55,935 bases of DNA, taken from the IMG/VR virus record IMGVR_UViG_3300004888_000001, positions 1 through 55,935 of that record; one strand, given 5' to 3'. This document shows positions 50,506-55,935 of the stretch, one piece after another. The first letter of the stretch is position 1, and each line of letters starts with the position of its first letter. This DNA is from a virus. The notes beneath the pieces are model-generated. The model did not search any database, was not told the origin of the DNA, and saw only the letters and a list, made by a program, of their open reading frames with translations. The position numbers were made by a program, and so were the translations under genes.

Positions 50506-52261
50506 TCCAGTTACCTCGATTCGGATGAAATTTAGCTGCCTGCTGAACACTAATCAAATCGATAGCTTGTCCGCGAGCAGCAATTAACTTTAAGATGTTT
50601 TTTACATCACGACCTGACAAATGCGGGAATTGAGCTGTTATTTGAGAACGAACAGTCCAATCAAGTTCCATACCTGCGCTAGTTGAAAGTATATCCCAAA
50701 TCTTGTTAAGATCCTTTGGTTTCGGGATACTGTAATCGATGCGAGCAATGCAACGTGATGCAATAGCGTCATCAACAGACTCAGGTAGGTTAGTTGTCAT
50801 AAACATAACAGATTCTTGGTACTCAAGCACCCGCAAGAACACACCAACAATTGCATTCTTCTCAAGGCAGTCGCCACGCTTCGCAACGTACACATCGGAC
50901 TCATCCAAAAGGATGATTGCTTTCCACCGGGCGGCGCGACGGAACACCTTCAGGAGCTTCTGTTCAAGCTCATCGGGATCAGTTCCCAGTTGAGAGCATT
51001 GAACGCGATACAGTGGTCTTTCAACAGCTTCACTGAATATCTCAGCGGTAAGGGTCTTGCCGACACCGGGAGGTCCGGCAAGCAAAACAGTCGTACCTCC
51101 AGTCTTACCGGCAACTACGTCTTTAAACCCACTACTTTGAGAACGCGAAAGCAGTCCGATTAGTTCTTTCACTTCATCGTCAATGACCAATTTTTCATCC
51201 AGATTCTTATCGTAGATGTATTTTTCAATGTGATTGATATGCAGGCTGTAATGAGTGTGCCGTCTCAAATCAAAACATTTAATCAAAGGCTTGACGGGCA
51301 TGGTAACGTACCTTTCTTGCTCGCCGTCAAAGTCATCATCTTCCATTTCAAGTATTTTCAAACCTGTAGCTTTAGCTTTCAAAGTTTGAAACAAGTACGG
51401 ATAGTTTTTGTGACGACGCTCACAGTTATACATATTGCTGTCATCCTCATCGCTGTCGTCAGCAACATCAATGACTAATATCGATTCATTGCCGTTTACT
51501 CCCAAGTTTTTCTCATTGCTTCCGTAGTCGCTATGAGAGATACCTGTACCCACAGATTTGACTTGCAATCCCACTTGAGTTGCAAACTTAACATACCTTT
51601 CAAATTCAGCATCGTGTCTCAGGCATTCTTTAGCCGTTGCAGCTCTGTATCCTTCTTCGTTTAGTAACTCTTTTGGTGTTTTACCTCGACACTCTGAATT
51701 AGCAAAAGCGATACTGGTTGACGACTCTCTACCTTTAGAGGTGAACTTCAATCGTATAGTTATGTATGCAGGTCTATAGTCTCTGGGGTCAGTACAAGCT
51801 GGCGTGAAATCAACGGAACTTGCAAGGAAGAACCGATCGGTATTGGCTTGCTCTACAACTAACCAAAACCTAGCTGCCTCAAGAGCAATGTAACTTTGCA
51901 TCAAAAAGCACATTTGTTCAGCTCCGCTGGCTCGAACAATCTTACCTTCCTGTAAAGATAAGTATTTGTTAATCTTGGTTTTTGCTCCGCGAGGAACAAA
52001 ATCTTTGTGTATTGAGTAAACCGCAGCCTTGAGAGTTTTCAACTCATGGAGGTCCAATGTTGCTATATTGATCTCAGTTGTATTTTCGTATTCGATTGGT
52101 TCATCATCATTACGCCATCGATTACTGATAAAGTCAGAACTGCGAACTCCGCAAGCGTTCCAATCAAAGTTCTCGTTTTTGTTATTGATCTGTTGATAGA
52201 AATCGTAATCGATTTCAATTTCGATCTTTTGCTCTGAAGTTCTCGATTTACGTCGTGGCAT
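50495..52261 (-). CDS. AAA+ ATPase (classic AAA domain) with a roughly 380-aa N-terminal region of unknown function
   Basis: Walker A LLAGPPGVGKTLTAE, Walker B AIILLDESD, sensor-1 region MFMTTN, and a second-region-of-homology-like DDAIASR. Confidence 0.8.
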   Translation of the reverse strand: MPRRKSRTSEQKIEIEIDYDFYQQINNKNENFDWNACGVRSSDFISNRWRNDDEPIEYENTTEINIATLDLHELKTLKAAVYSIHKDFVPRGAKTKINKYLSLQEGKIVRASGAEQMCFLMQSYIALEAARFWLVVEQANTDRFFLASSVDFTPACTDPRDYRPAYITIRLKFTSKGRESSTSIAFANSECRGKTPKELLNEEGYRAATAKECLRHDAEFERYVKFATQVGLQVKSVGTGISHSDYGSNEKNLGVNGNESILVIDVADDSDEDDSNMYNCERRHKNYPYLFQTLKAKATGLKILEMEDDDFDGEQERYVTMPVKPLIKCFDLRRHTHYSLHINHIEKYIYDKNLDEKLVIDDEVKELIGLLSRSQSSGFKDVVAGKTGGTTVLLAGPPGVGKTLTAEIFSEAVERPLYRVQCSQLGTDPDELEQKLLKVFRRAARWKAIILLDESDVYVAKRGDCLEKNAIVGVFLRVLEYQESVMFMTTNLPESVDDAIASRCIARIDYSIPKPKDLNKIWDILSTSAGMELDWTVRSQITAQFPHLSGRDVKNILKLIAARGQAIDLISVQQAAKFHPNRGNWNER

Positions 52262-52526
52262 AGTTCACCGTTACATACACTGGGTTTGAGTTAAATAAGT
52301 CGAACTGCTGTTGCAGCAAGCCACCGAGTTCATTGTGGCTCGCAGTGTTGTCTTGGTAGAACAACCAACCTGCTCCTTTGCCTCTCCTGTAATCAGCAGC
52401 GAGAGGGCTCGGCTGAGTTGATAGTTCAAGCCAAGCAACGCAGTTACCGAATGCAAAGTCTAGCGGCAGTTGTCCGAAGACTTTGCAAACGATGGGAAGC
52501 TGTTCGTTGGTGAGAGGGAGGATCAA
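52248..52526 (-). CDS. Hypothetical protein (92 aa)
   Basis: ORF track entry, coupled to its neighbours. Confidence 0.55.
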   Translation of the reverse strand: MILPLTNEQLPIVCKVFGQLPLDFAFGNCVAWLELSTQPSPLAADYRRGKGAGWLFYQDNTASHNELGGLLQQQFDLFNSNPVYVTVNYATT

Positions 52527-53104
52527 AACTCACAACCCTCCAAACCGAGACGTTTAATGAGAGCTTCCACCCTTGACCTGAGATCATCAACTTCGTCTGC
52601 AACTTCACCAATTTCAGTCATCACAGACTTGTTGTCACTACCAGTACCACTCACCAACTCTGGCTTAAACACAACCCTACCATCACGATCTACTCGCAAG
52701 CCGATATCACGATGCTGTGGGCGAGTTTTAGATGGAGCAAAGACCACTTCAACCCGGTTATCAGAACGATTGACCGCCTCAACTACCTGTTCTTTTGATA
52801 CCTCTACAGGTTCACTGTTGCCGAAAGACCAAGGCTGATCGACTTTACTCATCATGTCATCTTCAGATGGACGAATAGGTTCTTCAGTAGGTTCTTCAGT
52901 AGGTTCTTCAGTAGGTGCTTCAGGTAGATGAGCCGTCAGCTCCTGATACCTCTGTTCGAGCAAATCATTCTCATGCGAGCCAACCTTATGAAATCCCACC
53001 TGACTGGGACTTGGACAAAAATTATACCAACAACCTTGTTCATCCCTCCAGATGCAAGTCCTTTCGTTAATCTTGAACTTTGTGTACGTTTTTAATTTTT
53101 GCAT
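52523..53104 (-). CDS. Hypothetical protein (193 aa) with a (EEPT)n tandem repeat
   Basis: ORF track entry. It contains a 12-bp tandem repeat at 52877-52924. Confidence 0.6.
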   Translation of the reverse strand: MQKLKTYTKFKINERTCIWRDEQGCWYNFCPSPSQVGFHKVGSHENDLLEQRYQELTAHLPEAPTEEPTEEPTEEPIRPSEDDMMSKVDQPWSFGNSEPVEVSKEQVVEAVNRSDNRVEVVFAPSKTRPQHRDIGLRVDRDGRVVFKPELVSGTGSDNKSVMTEIGEVADEVDDLRSRVEALIKRLGLEGCEF

Positions 53105-53352
53105 TTCTTCACCTTTAATCTTGTGATCGATTTAATACAACCTCTGGGTATTGAGATCGCGTTACATTGACTTCCTTCACCTACTCCATGAAAGCACACG
53201 TTCTGAACTAACGTGATCGCTTTCTTGTTCTTTGCACTGAGAAAACCTACTGAGCATATCACTGCCAGTTCAACACCTACTTCGTGTTCCCAACCTATTG
53301 CATGATTGGCGCTGTCAACCCAATCAACAGCATAAACTTTACCAATCTTCAT
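53092..53352 (-). CDS. Hypothetical protein (86 aa)
   Basis: ORF track entry. Confidence 0.5.
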   Translation of the reverse strand: MKIGKVYAVDWVDSANHAIGWEHEVGVELAVICSVGFLSAKNKKAITLVQNVCFHGVGEGSQCNAISIPRGCIKSITRLKVKKCKN

Positions 53353-53360
53353 CGTTTCTT

Positions 53361-53777
53361 TTAACCTACCTTATAAATTGCATGGATCGGATTATCAGAT
53401 AAAACAATGTTTGGCGCGTGCGGTTTAGGAGGATAGCTATCCAAACACAAATATGATTCTTCACCTACCGTATGAGAAGCAATCAAACCAAATCTGTCAG
53501 CAATAGCATTGTATAGTTGAATTCTAGGATTTGGGACTAAGAATTGATGTCTACCCGGCTCTATCGGCGAGTTGTAAGGTATTTGCAAATCCCAACCTAC
53601 AACAATCATTGTATGAGGTGACGTACAATGCAACAATTCTGAAGCTACTAGTTCTGCGTATTCAAGAGTTGCTAGGTGTATATATTTACTTATCCAATAT
53701 TGTTCCTCAACAATATGCCGCTTGCGGCTCCAATTGTTAAGATGATAAACCCAATCGGGCCATTGTTTACTTACCAT
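53361..53777 (-). CDS. Hypothetical protein (about 138 aa)
   Basis: The internal ATG at 53777 limits the overlap with the upstream gene to 11 nt. Confidence 0.5.
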   Translation of the reverse strand: MVSKQWPDWVYHLNNWSRKRHIVEEQYWISKYIHLATLEYAELVASELLHCTSPHTMIVVGWDLQIPYNSPIEPGRHQFLVPNPRIQLYNAIADRFGLIASHTVGEESYLCLDSYPPKPHAPNIVLSDNPIHAIYKVG

Positions 53778-53991
53778 GTTTCTTTGGTCTCCCTTTACTG
53801 GTACACTTGCCGCAAGACTTCTTCTTACCGCGATGCAGATAAGTGCCGGGTATGATTGCGTATTGCCCACATGAACACAAGCACCAGTAATGGCGACCGC
53901 GAACCTTAGACTCAGGTGGAGTTACGCACTCGTATTGAACAGTAAGTTTACCGTATCGCCCACCGTTACTTATTTGGTAAGGTTTACTCAT
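53767..53991 (-). CDS. Small zinc-binding basic protein (74 aa)
   Basis: GKLTVQYE...WCLCSCG...SCGKC, a pattern common in small phage Zn-ribbon proteins. Confidence 0.55.
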   Translation of the reverse strand: MSKPYQISNGGRYGKLTVQYECVTPPESKVRGRHYWCLCSCGQYAIIPGTYLHRGKKKSCGKCTSKGRPKKHGK

Positions 53992-54295
53992 AGGAACTCT
54001 TTATTTCAGGTTGCCCGTTTTCATCAACATACATTACGTGTTTACCTTCAAAACATTTTTGAGCAATAAACTTAGCTTGTTGGTCGCGAGGCTTGATAAC
54101 AATCGGCACACCCATAAAAGTTATAGGTACAGTTGTGTCATATTTATCATAGTGCGACTCGCTTTCCAACTTATCGAAATGCTCTTGAGATAGGACAACT
54201 AGATCGGCATACCTCCTATGAGCAGACCTTCTACGGAGGATTTGTCTTGCTTCGTGAGCTGCTTCTACCAACTGCTCTATTGTGGGTTTACCCAT
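53984..54295 (-). CDS. Hypothetical protein (103 aa)
   Basis: ORF track entry. Confidence 0.55.
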   Translation of the reverse strand: MGKPTIEQLVEAAHEARQILRRRSAHRRYADLVVLSQEHFDKLESESHYDKYDTTVPITFMGVPIVIKPRDQQAKFIAQKCFEGKHVMYVDENGQPEIKSSYE

Positions 54296-54497
54296 GTCCT
54301 AGAATCCTAATACTGAGTTCTCTCATCAGAGCTTGATTATCAACAGCATGGTTACCGTGAGCCTTACCGTTACCTTGTTGTCTCTGATGGAATTTGTAGA
54401 GAGATCCGCAGCCGTTCCGGCGAGCTTTGGAGCTGGCTCGGCGTTTGGCTGCCTTCTTCTGACGGCGATGTTCTTGTTTCTTGCTCATGGTTACCAT
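54288..54497 (-). CDS. Small, very basic protein (66-69 aa)
   Basis: KKQEHRRQKKAAKRRASSKARR. The start is ambiguous (54497 or 54488). Confidence 0.45.
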   Translation of the reverse strand: MVTMSKKQEHRRQKKAAKRRASSKARRNGCGSLYKFHQRQQGNGKAHGNHAVDNQALMRELSIRILGHG

Positions 54498-54661
54498 TGC
54501 CTATCTAAAAAGTCATCATGGGATTCGAATCTGTGGGGGAACAGCAGATTCCAAACGTATTTTACGAGCTTCATCGCTTCTCCTGCTGGAAAGTGTAGTA
54601 TTGCTGGAAAGTGGTTGGTGGTCAAGGGCCGATATAGGGATTCCGAGGTCGGTGCTGGAAA

Positions 54662-55072
54662 TTATTCGATATTTTTCCAGCAGTCAGGCTCTCGAATGAT
54701 GTTTTCTGACCAATCAACGATCGTTTCACCGTTGTCATCAACATCAGTTTCACCTATCGCAAAAATAGGAACGTCCCCGTTATCTGATTCCCATTTCAAC
54801 AAAATTTGCCTGTTAGCTACAGGTCTCACGCTCATTGGTGTCCAAGTCTTACCGGGAGGAGGCGTCATTCGAGCAGCAGCGAGTTGCGATTTACCTGCGC
54901 CACGCCCCATTGCTTGCATAAAGCGGTAACTTGCTAAACCGTCAGGTCGAGTTTGAAATTGGACGCAGCAAATTCCACCTTCAGATCGCCAGCCATCCCT
55001 CATCGCAATATTAACCTTATCAATTAGCAATGAAAGGTTATCGGCTTCAATTACAGTATATATGTATTTCAT
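54662..55072 (-). CDS. DUF1737-like N-terminal domain fused to a DUF551-like C-terminal domain (about 136 aa)
   Basis: MKYIYTVIEADNLSLLIDKVNIAMRDGWRSEGG resembles DUF1737. The C-terminus ...ILLKWESDNGDVPIFAIGE...WSENIIREPDCW resembles DUF551. Confidence 0.5.
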   Translation of the reverse strand: MKYIYTVIEADNLSLLIDKVNIAMRDGWRSEGGICCVQFQTRPDGLASYRFMQAMGRGAGKSQLAAARMTPPPGKTWTPMSVRPVANRQILLKWESDNGDVPIFAIGETDVDDNGETIVDWSENIIREPDCWKNIE

Positions 55073-55120
55073 CACTTTACTCTTTCTTGTTGCTGGAAAA
55101 CGGACCGAACTTGCCCACAA

Positions 55121-55444
55121 TTAGACTTGTTGTCCTACTGAGACATTCATTAGTTTCATCCAAAGGTGATTAACTATGGAGCGAGCATAGTTACCTGTTT
55201 TTTGATCCATAGCATGTATTCTAATACACGTTATGGATAATTGAGCCATAAGTTGTTCGCCTTCCTTATCAAGAGGGTTAACAACAGATGTTATCTCAAC
55301 AGTTGGTTCCGATTCCAAAAGTCGGATATCAAGGCAGCCGTCAGTTTGCTTCTTAAACGGCCACTCTTTAATCACATCTTCAGCGAATCGGTAGATTGAA
55401 CTGGGCAATATGTTCGTATCTACGTGATTATTGCACTGCATCAT
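55121..55444 (-). CDS. Hypothetical early protein (about 107 aa)
   Basis: The ATG at 55444 is preceded by CCAATGGAGAAGACACG, the same leader as at 55733. Confidence 0.55.
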   Translation of the reverse strand: MMQCNNHVDTNILPSSIYRFAEDVIKEWPFKKQTDGCLDIRLLESEPTVEITSVVNPLDKEGEQLMAQLSITCIRIHAMDQKTGNYARSIVNHLWMKLMNVSVGQQV

Positions 55445-55475
55445 CGTGTCTTCTCCATTGGATTTTGTGAGTAAG

Positions 55476-55733
55476 TTAAAGCGCCATTCCGCACTTGATA
55501 ACAACCAGTTTGCCTTCGAGTGTGCGGATAGCATCTATTGCAGCAGCCAAACTGATAGGTTCCTGATTGTACTTACCTTCTTTGTCATAGATTAGTTTTA
55601 CAAGCTCATCTTCCGCCGACTGATTACCAGTCACGTTGATGATAGTTTCGTCGAGATGGGTCAACTGCTTGTCTTTGATTAAGAACCATAACGGGAATGA
55701 TTCAAATGTTTCAAATAGTATTAGCGTGTTCAT
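55476..55733 (-). CDS. Hypothetical early protein (about 85 aa)
   Basis: The ATG at 55733 is preceded by CCAATGGGGAAGACACG. The track start at 55763 would overlap the junction-spanning ORF. Confidence 0.55.
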   Translation of the reverse strand: MNTLILFETFESFPLWFLIKDKQLTHLDETIINVTGNQSAEDELVKLIYDKEGKYNQEPISLAAAIDAIRTLEGKLVVIKCGMAL

Positions 55734-55752
55734 CGTGTCTTCCCCATTGGGT

Positions 55753-55836
55753 TTAAACTTCAAGCGATTGCATCAAATTATACATCGAACCTCGCGGCCC
55801 GTCTACTTTAAGCGAGATGATTGATTGGTCAAAACA
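55753..55836 (-). CDS. 3' part (27 codons plus stop) of the junction-spanning ORF
   Basis: Manual translation from 55836 downward gives CFDQSIISLKVDGPRGSMYNLMQSLEV then stop. It is in phase with 159..1 once the repeat is collapsed. Confidence 0.5.
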   Translation of the reverse strand, partial: CFDQSIISLKVDGPRGSMYNLMQSLEV

Positions 55837-55935
55837 AGTCAAATTCCGTTTTCTTTTGTCATCTAACCTGTTACTAGCTTGAGTCACTGATTCGGCTATG
55901 ACTGACAAAGATCCGTTTTGCACTCCTTCTACAAT
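55837..55935. repeat. Direct terminal repeat, right copy (identical to 1..99)
   Basis: Exact 99-nt match to the window start, read directly. Confidence 0.95.

Noticed and set aside
1-55935. CRISPR arrays, rRNA genes, transposases/IS elements, a reverse transcriptase/DGR, and toxin-antitoxin pairs
   Set aside because: I found no regularly spaced repeat-spacer structure, no rRNA-like sequence, no DDE/serine/tyrosine recombinase motifs and no RT motifs (YxDD) in any long ORF.

Overview
The window is a complete tailed dsDNA phage genome of about 55.8 kb unique sequence. It is closed by an exact 99-bp direct terminal repeat (1-99 = 55837-55935). The 1567-aa tape measure and the absence of a sheath gene suggest a siphovirus-like virion. 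No integrase, CRISPR array, rRNA or transposase was seen.

Layout:
(i) 480-1690 is a 1.2-kb non-coding hub rich in iteron-like repeats. A leftward early operon (466 through the junction down to 49566) and a rightward early operon (1691-6998) diverge from it. Both are mostly unknown small proteins.
(ii) 6937-9535 (minus) holds a prim-pol/helicase and an HTH regulator.
(iii) 9950-21610 (plus) is the replication and recombination operon. It is driven by sigma70-like promoters through a structured leader. It encodes CsrA, a Sak4-like ATPase, a DUF669-like protein, a DNA methyltransferase, an NrdR-like zinc ribbon, a Cas4-like nuclease, an SF2 helicase, DUF3310, a family-B DNA polymerase and MazG.
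(iv) 49552-21607 (minus) is the late module. It runs from tail fibres (one an SGNH esterase) through a membrane/papain-like peptidase cluster, TerS, TerL, portal, scaffold, capsid, connectors, tail protein and a frameshifted chaperone to the tape measure and distal tail proteins.

Most worth follow-up:
- A phage CsrA homolog, together with a conserved ACAGGAYA-containing leader repeated before five early genes.
- Four tRNA-like elements that fail the canonical cloverleaf and sit exactly in intergenic gaps.
- The iteron-rich hub.
- An ATP-cone-less NrdR.
- A -1 frameshift (A_AAA_AAC) that the ORF track does not show.

All functional calls come from motifs read by eye. No database search was possible.
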